Below, piece after piece: positions 13,500 to 26,100 of a DNA stretch of 64,000 nt. The notes below the pieces were generated by a model. That model worked only from the letters and a program-made list of their open reading frames with translations, was not told the DNA's origin and searched no databases. Position 1 is the stretch's first letter; each line of letters starts with the position of its first letter. The stretch is taken from contig CM059432.1 of NCBI GenBank assembly GCA_030390025.1, positions 5,208,001-5,272,000 on the forward strand, written 5' to 3'. The translations under genes and the position numbers were made by a program. The stretch comes from Squalus acanthias. Its lineage: Eukaryota.

Positions 13500-13760
13500 T
13501 CTTACCTTGCCTGATCTGGTAAGGTCATTAAACTTTTTCTTGCACTGTATTTGTTTTGTGTTGGTGTTCCTGTATGCATGACTGCCCTCGCCACCTCCTT
13601 CCAGTGTTCATGTGCTGTTCTTCCCGATGGTCTGCATCACTCCATTCCAACTGGTGCCTACCTCTTCTGCCTGACTCGCTCCAACAGAATTTCTGCAGCC
13701 GCATCAGTGAACCTCGGGGCTCCCTACCCTCCTGAAGACCTTCCCGGTGAGTCCATGCCC
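13500..13760 (-). pseudogene. Old Harbinger Myb/SANT exon-1 remnant
   Basis: Minus-strand translation gives APRFTDAAAEILLERV, HWKEVARAV, QCKKKFNDLTRSGK followed by a GTAAGA donor; stop codons present. Confidence 0.7.
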
Positions 13761-13789
13761 CTTTAGCTGCTGCATGCCTTTAAATGCTG

Positions 13790-14997
13790 CAACAGATGGT
13801 GTATTTGGATTTTTAGATGGCCTTTGATAAAGTCCCACATAAGAGGCTAGTGTGCAAAATTAAAGCACATGGGATTGGGGGTAATATACTGGCATGGATT
13901 GAAAATTGGTTAACAGACAGGAAACAGAGAGTATGAATAAATGGGTCTTTTTCGGGGTGGCAGGCAGTGACTGCAGTGGGGTACCGCAGGGATCAGTGCT
14001 TGGGCCCCAGCTATTCACAATATATATCAATGATTTGGATGAGGGAACCAAATGTAATATTTCCAAGTTTGCTGACGACACAAAACTAGGTGGGATTGTG
14101 AGTTGTGAGGAGGATGCAAAGAGGCTTCAAGGCGATTTAGACAAGTTGAGTGAGTGGGCAAATACATGGTAGATGCAGTATAACGTGGATAAATGTGAAG
14201 TTATCCACTTCGGTAGGAAAAACAGAAAGGCAGAGTATTATTTAAATGGTGATAGATTGCGAAATGTTGATGTACAGAGGGACCTGGGTGTGCTTGCACA
14301 CCAGTCACTGAAAGCAAACATGCAGGTGCAACAAGCAGTTAGGAAGGCAAATGGTATGTTGGCCTTCATTGCAAGAGGATTTGAGTACAGGAGCAAGGAT
14401 GACTTACTACGGTTATACAGGGCCTTGGTGAGACCACACCTGGAGTACTGTGTGCAGTTTTGGTCTCCTTACTTAAGAAAGGATATACTTGCCATAGAGG
14501 GAGTGCAGCGAAGGTTCACCAGACTGCTTCCTGGGATGGCAGGACTGTCGTATGAGGAGAGATTGGGTCGACTAGGCCTGTATTCACTAGAGTTTAGAAG
14601 AATGAGAGGGGATCTCATTGAAATGTATAAAATTCTGACAGGGCTAGACAGACTGGGTGCAGAGAGGATGTTTCCCCTGGCTGGGGGGTCTAGAACGAGG
14701 GGTCACAGTCTAGGGATACGGGGTAGGACATTTAGGACTGAGATGAGGAGAAATTTCTTCACTCAAAGGGTGGTGAACCTGTGGAATTCTCTACCACAGA
14801 AGGCTGTGGAGGCCAAGTCACTGAGTGTATTTAAGAAGGAGATAGATAGATTTCTAGACACAAAAGGCATCAAGGGGTATGGGGAGAGAGTGGGAATATG
14901 GTATTGAGATAGAGGATCAGCCATGATCTTATTGAATGGTGGGGCAGGCTCGAAGGGCCGAATGGCCTACTCCTGCTCCTATTTTTCTATGTTTCTA
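13790..14997 (+). mobile_element. CR1 LINE, 5'-truncated (RT C-half and 3' UTR)
   Basis: [29 protein letters not shown]; premature stop; CTATGTTT tail. Confidence 0.92.
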
Positions 14998-15726
14998 ACA
15001 GCACGCTGATTCCCACCCGCAACAGACAAACTCCCAAAGAGCGGCGTTCCTAAAACATGGAGCTCACCCCCAGTGTTAAAATTAGGCGGACACCAGGACC
15101 CAGTGGTGGAGCGTAATTCCCACCCACCCACTCAATGGGAAGTGGGCTGACCGGTGGGATCGGTCCACTTTCCATAGGGTGGTGTGGGTGACATGCACGC
15201 CACCCTACGCCCACTCGCCACTCCACTCAATCAGAGAATCTAAGCCAGCGAACCTCGACATGAAAAGGAATGTGTTTGGCTCCTGTGATCAACATGTGTC
15301 CATAAAACAGTCGATTCCGTGCACCGGTTGTTGAAATAATTCCAGGTGATATCTCCAGTTTCGAACCTGACAGCTGAACAGTACCAGAATTTCCCAGCCA
15401 CACCGATTGACGTCAGTGTGGAAACGTTCCCACTACCCCAGCAGCAGGCTCCCGACCTGCGGCCTCCTCTGGAGCACACTCCCCGCCCGACAGGGAGTCA
15501 AGCCTATCAATCAGGCTGGCTTCCGGCCAGGGAACCTGCTGTAAATAAACGACCCACGCTGTGGAGTCAAAACTCCCCAGCATGCGGGGAAGCCCAAATA
15601 CAAAAACCCCCCCCGCCACCACCCCTCACAAAACCCACCCCACTCAAGATCAGGGACCTTCAAGTCCCTTTCAACAACGCAGTGACCTGTAATTTTGCGG
15701 ACAGCGGCGAAGCAAAGCCGCAAAGA

Positions 15727-15746
15727 TCTGGCGACCTCTAGTGGCG
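15727..15746 (-). promoter_or_regulatory. CTCF-like binding motif
   Basis: Minus strand reads CGCCACTAGAGGTCGCCA, close to the CCACYAGRKGGCRC consensus. Confidence 0.4.
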
Positions 15747-15952
15747 AGAAGTTCGGCTTTTCCGACATGCAGTTGAACTCAACGTAATGCAGTGGGAATC
15801 CCCTCGCGCGAGCTGCCGTGACCTCAACAGGCTGTCTAAGCAGCCAATCACAATGCAGAATTCTCGCAGGCAGGGAACCAGGAAATAGAAAGCACTGATA
15901 ATCAATCACCTTTTTAAAAATTTTTGCAGATACTGAAATAAAGATTGGGGCA

Positions 15953-16712
15953 AACACAATGGCCCAAAAATTAGTGAGTGAGCCTTCGTGCGAGGGTAAG
16001 GCTTCCCCGCGATCTCTCACTGCGCGTTGGCTTTTTTATTCCCAGCTCGCACGAACTTGATGTTCTGGACAGCAGCTGTGCAGTGCTTTCGTATCCCACA
16101 GGCGCAGTTAATTCGTGCGAGCTGTGGGATCACGTGACTCAGTTAGAGCCAATGGCAGCACACCATCTTTCATTCATAGCTTTCACAGCACGGCTGTGAA
16201 AGCTATGAATACTATACCCCCCCAAAAGAACAGCTAAACATCAATTAAATTAAAAAAAAACCCCATCACATTAATAAAATAAGTATAGTTAAATAAATTA
16301 ACCACTTTAAACAAAAAATTAAATTTTTGAAATTTTTTAAAATCTTTTAAAAAGTTATAAAAATAAACTTACCTTTCTTTAAAGTCTCTAAAAAAGATAT
16401 ACCTGTTGAAAAAAATTCAAAATAATTCTTAATTAACTGCTTACCTTGTTAAAAGAGGGTCTTACGCCTCCTTTCTTTATGTGTAAAATGTTCCATGCTT
16501 ACCTGCGCGTTCAAAGCACGAAGTGCACTGCGTGCGCGCAGCCTGTAGCACGCACGCGGTTCACCTAGGAACCGCCCCCTTTTGAAATCACCAAGTGCCG
16601 GTTTTCAGCGCATGCGCAGTGCATGCAGAAAACCGGCAATTGGAGACAGAATACGCGAGAGTACACAGTGCGTACTCTTGCGTAGCGGCACTCATTTTTG
16701 GGCCATTGTGTT
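15953..16712. mobile_element. MITE with terminal inverted repeats, nested in an older non-autonomous element (about 15770-17155)
   Basis: AACACAATGGCCCAAAAAT ... ATTTTTGGGCCATTGTGTT; AT-rich core; internal 18-bp perfect hairpin near 16172-16210. Confidence 0.7.
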
Positions 16713-17271
16713 AAGGTCAAAGCTGAAATATCACGAACAAACTCTTAAAAAAACATTTTTTTAAATTAATTTTAAAGTCAAATAATTTTTGAATAAATGG
16801 AGAAATTTGACATTCCGCCAATATAAAGTTCGATTTTCAGGGCCAGAACGGTTGTTTATCAGTAGTTATTACTCAGATTATCGTTAAAAACTCATTTGAA
16901 TGGGTCTAACCTTTCATGGGGTTTCTAACAGTGATATTTGTTCAGAAAACGGGAAGTTTTCGTCAGCTCAGCGATTTCACTGATTGCCAGCCATGGGGGG
17001 TGGGGGGTGGGCACAGCGCAGGCAGTGTCAGAGCAGTGAATGACTGACTGCAAGTTCAGGATTTCCTGTCAGGATGCACGAGTGCAACATCCTGAAGCTG
17101 CGGTCAGTTTCAAACGCTGCCAGTTCACCGTCATCAGGACCGCAAATTCTGAGACAATAGGTGTTAAGTACTGCTAATTAAGCCCCTCTGGCACAGAAAA
17201 TGAACTGAACAGGTTTTAATTGTTGTTGGATATTTTTAAAATGTAAAATTTGAAATTTGAATTTTTTCCTG

Positions 17272-18790
17272 TCTCCCAGGCTGCTGTGTGAGGCAAGGGA
17301 GGAGATTGCAGGGGCTCTGACACAAATGTTCAGATCCTCTCTGGTCACAGGGGAGGTGCCAGAGGACTGGAGGACAGCTAACGTAGTACCATTATTCAAG
17401 AAGGGTAGTAGGGATAAACCAGGGAATTACAGGCCAGTGAGCCTAACATCAGTGGTAGGGAAATTATTGGAAAAAATTCTGAGGGACAGAATTAGTCTCC
17501 ACTTGGAGAGGCAAGAATTAATCAAGGATAGTCAACATGGCTTTGTCAGGGGGAGATCATGTCTAACCAATTTGATTGAATTTTTCAAGGGGGTGACTTG
17601 GTGTGTGGATGAGGGTAGTGCAGTTGATGTAGTCTACATGGACTTCAGTAAGGCTTGTGACAAAGTCCCACATGGGAGACTGGTCAAGAAGGTAAGAGTC
17701 CATGGGATCAAGGGCAATTTGGCACATTGGATCCAAAATTGGCTTAGTGGCAGGAGGCAGAGGGTGATGGTCGAAGGTTGTTTTTGTGACTGGAAGCCTG
17801 TGTCCAGTGGTGTACCGCAGGGATCGGTGCTGGGTCCTTTGCTGTTTGTAGTGTACATTAATGATTTAGATATGAATGTAGGAGGTATGATCAGTAAGTT
17901 CGCAGATGACACGAAAATTGATGGAGTGGTAAATAGCGAGGAGGGAAGCCTCAGGCTACAGGACGATATAGACGGGTTGGTCAGATGGGCAGAACAGTGG
18001 CAAATGGAATTTAACCCTGAAAAGTGTGAGGTGATGCATTTTGGGAGGACTAACAAGGCAAGGGAATACACAATGAATGGTAGGATCCTTGGAAGGACAG
18101 AGGATCAGAGGGACCTTGGTGTTCATGTACATAGATCCCTGAAGGCAGCAGGGCAGGTAGATAAGGTGGTTAAAAAGGCATATGGGATACTTGCCTTCAT
18201 TAGCCGAGGCATAGAATATAAGAGCAGGGAGGTTATGATGGAGCTGTACAAAACGCTAGTTAGGCCACAGCTGGAATACTGTATGCAGTTCTGGTCGCCA
18301 CACTATAGGAGGAATGTGATTGCATTGGAGAGGGTGCAGAGGAGATTCACCAGGATGTTACCTGGGTTGGAGCGTTTCAGCTATGAAGAGAGACTGGACA
18401 GGCTGGGGTTGTTTTCCTTAGAGCAGAGAAGGCTGAGGGGGGACCTGATTGAGGTGTACAAAATTATGAGGGGCATAGATAGGGTAGGTAGAAAGGAACT
18501 TTTCCCCTTAGTAGAGGGGTCAATAACCAGGGGACATAGTTTCAAGGTAAGGGGCAGGAGGTTTAGAAGGGATTTGAGGAAAAACTTTTTCACCCAGAGG
18601 GTGGTTGGAATCTGGAACTCACTGCCTGAAAGGGTGGTAGAGGCAGAAGTCCTCACAACATTCAAGAAGCATTTAGATGAGCACTTGAAACGCCATAGCA
18701 TACAAGACTACGGACCAAGTGCTGGAAAATGGGATGAGAATAGACAGGGCTTGATGGCCGGCGCGGACACGATGTGCAGTATAACTCTAT
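17272..18790 (+). mobile_element. CR1 LINE, 5'-truncated, RT domain still open
   Basis: ORF 17257..18825 carries the full RT motif set (NYRPVSLTS, QHGF, YMDFSKA, GVPQGS, FADD). Confidence 0.93.
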
Positions 18791-19539
18791 GGGGTAAAAA
18801 TTCAGTTGGTTGCGCCTCCCGTTAGCGCCTTAAGAGGGCGCTAATGGGGCGCAAAGCCGCTAACGCCCGGGCGCAGCGATGTTTGCGCCGCTCGGGAACT
18901 TAACTAGAGATTGTGCGGCGGCGCTAAACCTTACCGCTGCGACCACCTGCGCGCGCAGATTGTGACGTCATTCCATGGTGCAATGCCCTTGTGGCGCCCC
19001 GGAGCGGAAATTGAGTGGCGCCCCCTACCTTATCGCCTGGCGCATCCAACGACCGGAAGACTGGAACGCTATCAATCGCTGTGGGGCTGGGGGGGGGGGC
19101 GCTATTTAAAGGGGGCCTCTTCCTGTCTTTTTCTGTGGTTGACATTTTTGCACCACTCGTTCTGAGAGAGAGAGAGAGATTCGGAGAGAGAGAAAGAGAG
19201 ACTTCTGCATTGAGTCAACGCTTTGTGAGGTAGTTTTGCCTACTGATCCTAACAGTTGGCCCCCCCCCCCCCCGCTTTAAGAAGTGGCCGGCGCCAGTGT
19301 GTCTGTGTTCCCTCGCTAACTGGCAGCAGCTGTGCTGCGCTCGCGCTCTGAGTTAGCGCCTCACTGCTCGGCCTTTGCGCCTTAAGACAGGTGTGCAGCG
19401 CCTGATTTAGCGCTCCACTCACCTCCCGGGGCGGTAAAAGTGAAGTTTCCAGTCAGTGCCGATAATTAGCGCCAGGCGCTAATATTTGCGTCCAGACGAT
19501 ATTTGCACCCCAAATGGGGCGCGACCTAATTTTTCCCCC
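18791..19539 (-). mobile_element. Harbinger-derived MITE, copy 1 (inverted relative to copies 2-4)
   Basis: TIRs GGGGTAAAAATTC / AATTTTTCCCCC; 3-bp TSD TAT; largely the reverse complement of 21327-22219. Confidence 0.88.
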
Positions 19540-20048
19540 TATGACTCTATATGACTCTTTTCTCTCCCCTTTCTGTTTCTCTTTCTGGAGCTGACGTGGT
19601 ACTGGGGCCATAATTTGCTCTGTTTCGCTTTTACTTTAAAACACAGGCAACAATTGTGAGGCTCGACTCTCCCAACAGTGACACGGGTTCGTTCCTGCGG
19701 GGGGAGGAGTGCTGAGCGATTTATGGAGTGTGAGATGTGAGGCAAGAACCCGGAGCTGTGGGAATCCCCTGGGCTCAAACCTGCCAATCTCATCCAGCAT
19801 ACTGAAGGACGCTTTGGCCTGGCCGTCCCGGAAAGATTTCCAAAAGGGAAATTTAGGAGCGGCGGGAGTTTCCCCAACTAACCCAGTGAAATAGCAACAG
19901 GAACAGACCGGCGCTCCACAGTCTTATCAGTCTCAGTTTATCTGTCTTGGTTCTTGCTTCTTGTCTTCCAGCTCTCTCTCTTCACTTGTCTTTCCTTCTC
20001 TGTATTTTTTTGTGTGTGTTTTTACACCATTGCTGGCGGTGATCTTGG

Positions 20049-20185
20049 ATGGGAACATTCAGCAGTAATCTCCGGAAACCCACGGGAGAGCAGGGTCAGA
20101 TGGATTTGGAGGGATCTCTGGATTTCGAGTGCCCAGTCTGCCTGCAGGTGCTGGAGAAACCTGTCAAAACACAATGTGGACATGT
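20049..20185 (+). CDS. RNF125: RNF125-like coding exon 1
   Basis: [45 protein letters not shown](V); donor GTGAGT at 20186. Confidence 0.88.
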
Positions 20186-23100
20186 GTGAGTACCGCTTGC
20201 AAACCAGCTAAAGGTCGCGCGAATAAAATTGGGGCCACTCTATCAGATTATGTGCAATTTTTTTTAAAAAACAACTCAATTTGCTTTATGTGTAAGAGCT
20301 GTTTATACCGCAGGGTGACAAATATCTACAACAACTTGTAGTGATACAGCGCCTTTAATGTAGTAAAACGTCCCAAGGCGCTTCACAGGAGCATATCAAA
20401 TAACATTTAACACCCAGCCACATAAGGAGATGATGTGGAGATGCCGGTGTTGGACTGGGGTGGACAAATGTGAGAAGTCGCACAACACCAGGTTATAGTC
20501 CAACAGGTTTATTTGAAATCACAAGCTTTCGGAGCGCTGCTCCTTCATCCTGGTGTTGTGCAACTTCTCATATAAGGAGCTATTAGGGCAGGTGACCGAA
20601 AGCTTGGTCAAAGAGGTAGGTTTTAAGGAGGGTCTTAAAGGAGGGGAGAGAGGTGGAGAGGCGGAGAGGTTTTGGCAGAGAATTCCAGAGCTTAGGGCCC
20701 AGGCAGCTGAAGGCACGGCCGCCAATGGTGGAGCGATTAAAATCGGGGGGCGGGGGGGTGGCGGTGCACAGGAGGCTATAAGCATAGAGTTCTGCTTGGT
20801 GGTGAGATTGGGAAATCTAAGGACATTCCTCACTCACACTGCTGCAACAAACACAGCATAACCTGTTCATTCAACAGGCTGTAACGAGAAGCAATGAGTA
20901 GAATACTCATTAAAATCGGGGATGCTCGAGAGGCCAGAATTAGAGGAGCGCAGATATCGCGGGACGTTGTGGGGCTGGAGGAGATTACAGAGATAGGGAG
21001 GGAGCGAGGCCATGGAGGGATTTGAAAACAAGGATGTGAATTTTAAAATGTTAAAATCGAGATGCATATAATACCAGCTACATTGAAGGGAGGGGATTGG
21101 GAGGAGTGAGTGAGCCAGAAGTGCTGGTAGGAGATTAAAATACATCTTTGGACTTGTTTCCAGAAGGAGATAAAATAACCCATATTGAGGTCAACCTGTC
21201 TAAATCCACAACTGTTAACGAATGATATGGCACAGAAGCAGGCCATTCAGCCCATCGGGTCTGTGCCGGCTCTTTCAAAGAGCTATCCAACTAGTTCCAA
21301 TCCCCCTGCTCTGTCATAGAGTCATGGGGGGAAAAATTAGGTCGCGCCCCATTTGGGGCGCAAATATCGCCTGGACGCAAATATTAGCGCCTGGCGCTAA
21401 TTATCGCCACTGACTGGAAACTTCACTTTTACCGCCCCGGGAGGTGAGTGGAGCGCTAAATCAGGCGCTGCACACCTGTCTTAAGGCGCAAAGGCCAAGG
21501 AGTGAGGCGCTAACTCAGAGCGCTGGTGAAGCTCATGTAATGTCAGTCAGCAATGGAACACACACACAATGGCACGGGCCAGTTCTTAAAGGGGATGGTT
21601 AATCTTGCTTTCCATCCACATCCTGTTCATTGCAGCCTTGAATCTCGGCCTGGAGAGACTTGCACATCAAATGTGCTGGAAAGAACAATGGAGAGTACCA
21701 GGCAAAGAGCTCAGAGTGCAGCTCCCACAGTCTCTGCTAAATCGATACAAGGAATGGCAAATCAAAATGAACCTGCAAAGTGCTGCTCAGTACCCAAAAC
21801 TCCTTCACACAACGTTGAATGTTTCCAGAAGTCTCTCCCTCTCTCTCTCAGAATGCGTAGTTCAAAAATGCCACCAACAATAAAAGGCAGGAAGCGGTCA
21901 CCTTTAAATAGCGCTCCCCCTTTCCCTTCATGACTGTAGAACGCTCCCCTCAACCTGTCGTTGCTAGCGTCAGGCGGTAAGGCAGGGGGCGCCACTCAAT
22001 TTCCGCTCCGGGGTGCCACAAGGGCGTTGCACCATGGAATGACGTCACAATCTGCGCGCGCAGGTGGTCGCAGCGGTAAAGTTTAGCGCCGCCGCACAAT
22101 GTCTAGTTAAGTTCCCGAGCGGCGCAAACATCGCTGCACCCGGGCGTTAGCGGCTTTGCGCCCCATTAGCGCCCTCTTAAGGCGCTAACGGGAGGCGCAA
22201 CCAACTGAATTTTTACCCCATAGAGTCATAGGGGGAGAAATTCAGTATCGCCCCATTTGGGGCGCAATTATCGGCCGGGGGCAAAGTTTAGCGCCTGGCG
22301 CTAATTACCGCCTCCGACTGCAAACTTGACTTTTATCGCCCCTGGAGGTGATTAGAGCGCTAAATCAGGCGCTTCACAACTGCCTTAAGGCGCAAAGGCC
22401 GAGGAGCGAGGCGCTAACTCAGAGTGCTGACGAAGCTCATGTGATGTCAGTCAGCAATGGATCACAGACACAATGGCACGGGCCAGTTCTTAAAGGGGAG
22501 GGTTGATCTTGCTCTCCATCCACATCCTGCTCATTGCAGCCTTGAATCTCGGCCTGGAGAGACCTGTACATCAAATTTGCTGGAAAGAACAATGGAGAGA
22601 ACCAGGGAAAGAGCTCAGAGTGCAGCCCCCACAGTCTGTCTCTTCTAAATTGATACAAGGAAGGGCAAATCAAAATGAACCTGCAAAGTGCTGCTCAGTA
22701 CCCAAAACTCCTTCACACAGCGTTGAATCTCTCCAGAATTCTCTCTCTCTCTCTCTCTCAGAATGCGTGGTTCAAAAATGTCACCAACAATAAAAGGCAG
22801 GAAGCGGTCGCCTTTAAATAGCGCTCCCCCAGTCCCTTCATGACTGCAAAACACTCCCCTCAACCTGTCGTTGCTAGCGGCAGACGGTAAGGCAGGGGAC
22901 GCCACTCAATATATGCTCCGGGGCACTACCGGGGCGTTGCACACTTGACTGATGTCACGATCTGCCGGCGCAGGAGACCGTGGCGGTAGTGTTTAGCGCC
23001 GCCGCAAAATGTCTAATTAATTTCGCGAGCGGTGCAAACATCGCCACGCCCGGGCGCTAGTTGCTTTGCGCCCCATTAGCGCCCTCTTAAGGCGCTAACG

Positions 23101-26100
23101 GGAGGCGCAACCAACTGAATTTTTCCCCCATAGAGTCATAACTATGACTCGATGATAGAGCAGGGAAATTGGAACTAGTTGGATAACTCTTTGAAATAGT
23201 CCTCATAGCCCTGCGAATGTTTCCTTTTCGAGTATGTTCTGCCTACACTTAAATAAGTTCAGTGCTTTTATAGCTTAATGGAATATACTTTTAATTGATA
23301 AAATATCACAATATCCATTTTTTTCTGATTGTGTTTTTTTTTTAAGAATCATTACTTATTTTGAATTGAACAGTGGAGTAGAAATTCGTTCGCGTGTGCC
23401 CATTTTTCGAGCATAGAACAGGAGCAAAGCTTAGCAGTGGGACGCCCACGCTGGGCTACGGGCAACAGCGGCCCTCCAGAACCTCACCCGGGTAGCTCTT
23501 CCGCACGTGTGAGTACAGGCACTAAGTGCTGGCCCAACCCTGTGCTTACTCAATGCCTGCACAGGCACACTTCCAAGTAACTTCACAAACATGTCCATAA
23601 TACAAACATACAAAAATGACGAACAGGAAACCTGTCCCATACAGTGGAACACAGGAAGGGGAGTGACATGAATCTTGTCATTCATGTGGAAATGACTTAT
23701 GAAATAATACTGGGCGGCCTGCTGGTGGCGCTGTCCAGGGAGAGTATAAATACTCGGGCATGGGCCCAGCTTGCTCAGGACATTCTTTAACAGGAACTAG
23801 ACAAGGACACAACTAGATCTCCATGTTGAAAAACAGTTGATTAAAGCTTTGTTTAACGCTTAGACCAAGTGCCTAGTAGTTTTTTTACGTCAGGGAGTAG
23901 GTCCTTCGACCTGTCCCATACTTCTCTTCTTAGGCAGTCCCTCAGAACCGAGGATGACTTGCTTCCACATTAAAAATGAGTTCTCAGGTGACTGATGAGT
24001 CCAATGCGGGACCTACAGTCTCTGTCACAGGTGGGGCAGACGATGGTTGAAGGGGCAGGTGGGTGGGGTGCTTGGGTTGACGTGCGCTCCTTGCGCTGTT
24101 TGCGCTTGGCTTCCGCTTGCTCCCGGTGAAGAGACTCGAGCTGTTCGGCGCCTTCCCGGATGCTTCTCCTCCACTTTGTGCGGTCTTGGGCCAGGGATTC
24201 CCAGGTGTCGGTGGGGATGTTGCACTTTTTCAAGGAGGCTTTGAGGGTGTCCTTGAAGCGTTTCCTCTGCCCACCTGGGGCTCTCTTGCTGTGTCGGTGC
24301 TCCAAGTAGAGCGCTTGTTTTGGGAGTCTCGTATCGGACATGCGGACAATGTGGCCCGTCCAACCTGTCCCATACAGCCATGTTGCAACTGCGCATCATA
24401 ATCGCCAATGCACCAACCACCGATAGTCATATTATCTCAAATAAACAGATCTTTAAAAAAAAAACTCCCAGGCCAGTTCAGGGAAAAAATATATCTGGGA
24501 AATTCCTCTCTGATCACTGAAGGTGATTAAAATGAGTTCTTGGAGACCACAGTGACCACGAGGGGCATCACCCAATACCCCGCCTACCTTGTGTAAGCTG
24601 TGATATGAGCAGCAGCCAGCAACTCGTCCAGCTCTCCTTTTGAACGTTTACAGCAAGACTGCACTCACTGCACGAGCTGGCAATTTCTTCCAGACATCTA
24701 GCCGAGTTCTCTGCTTCTGCAACTTATACACATGTCCCCTGGTTTTCCCTGGACCTATCTTAGTCAAATAGTCTGTCAGCATAAATAGAGGCATAGAATA
24801 TAAAAGCAAAGGGAATCATGCTAGAGCTTTGTAAATCACTGGTTAGGCCTCAGCTGGAGTATTGTGGACAATTCTGGGCCCCACACTTCAGGAAAGATGT
24901 CAAGGCCGTAGAAAGGGTGCAAAGGAGGTTTACCAGGATGTCACCAGGGAATGAGGGACTTCAGTTATGCGGAAAGGTTGGAAAAGTTAGGACTGTTCTC
25001 CTTGGAACAGAGAAGGTTAAGAGGTGACCTAATAGAGGTTTTCAAGATGATGATAGGTTTTGATAGAGTAGACAGAGAAAAACTATTCCCTCTGGTGAGT
25101 GGGTCAATAACCAGAGGTCATAGATTCAAAATTATTGGCAAAAGATCTAGAGGGGAGATGAGGAGAAATCTTTTCACTCAGAGAGTTGTGGGGATCTGGA
25201 ACGCTCGACCTGAAAAGGTGGTGGAAGCTGGTTCCATAGATAGAGTTGGACGGGTACTGGAGGGTGAGGAACTCACAGGTTATGGACTAAAAGCCGGGGG
25301 GTGTGGGACTGAGCACGACGGCTCTTTCAAAGACGGGCCGAGTGGCCTCCTCCTGTGCTGTAAGTTTCTATGATTCTATGAAATATGGATGCGGTCTGGT
25401 CCCTTCATTATGTTAAAGACCTCATCCTAATCTCCCCAAGGTCTCTGCTTTTCTAGAGTAAAAAGACTCAGCTCTCTAAGCTTATTGTGGCAACTAAGGG
25501 CTTTTAAACGAGGTATCATTCTAGTAGTCCTCTGAACCTTTTCCAGGGCCTCGATATCTCCCACCATGTGAGGGGACCAAAAGTGGACACCGTGCCTAAC
25601 CAAGATCTTATAACAGCAACTTGTATTGATACAGTGCCTTTAACGTAGTAAAACATCCCAAGGCGCTTCACAGGAGCGATATCAAATAAAATTTGACACC
25701 GAGATATTCAGACAGGTGACCAAAAGCTTGTTCAAAGAGATAGGTTTTAAAGAGCGTCTTAAAGGAGGAGAGAGAGGCAGAGAGGTTTAGGGAGGGAATT
25801 CCAGAGCTTAGGGCCCAGGCAGCTGAAGGCACGGCTGCCAATGGTGGAGCGATGGAAATCGGGGGATGCGCAAGAGGCCAGAATTGGAGGAGCGCAGAGA
25901 TCTCGGAGGGTTGTAGGGCTGGAGGAGGTTACAGAGATAGGGAGGGGGCGAGGCCATGGAGGGATTTGAAAACAAGGATGAGAATTTTAAAATGGAGGCG
26001 TTACTGGACCGGGAGCCAATGTAGGTCAGCGAGCACAGGGGCGACCACATTATACGAGGCTAGTTTAATGCTTTCAGTTTTATATTGGATCATCCGAGCA

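Noticed and set aside
17257..18825. Independent RT gene
   Set aside because: 5'-truncated CR1 without endonuclease or true start; the ORF runs into a MITE
23400..23515. Possible extra exon ending CACGT|GTGAGT in intron 1
   Set aside because: Weak acceptor, no family similarity, and exons 1 and 2 already join in phase within the RING
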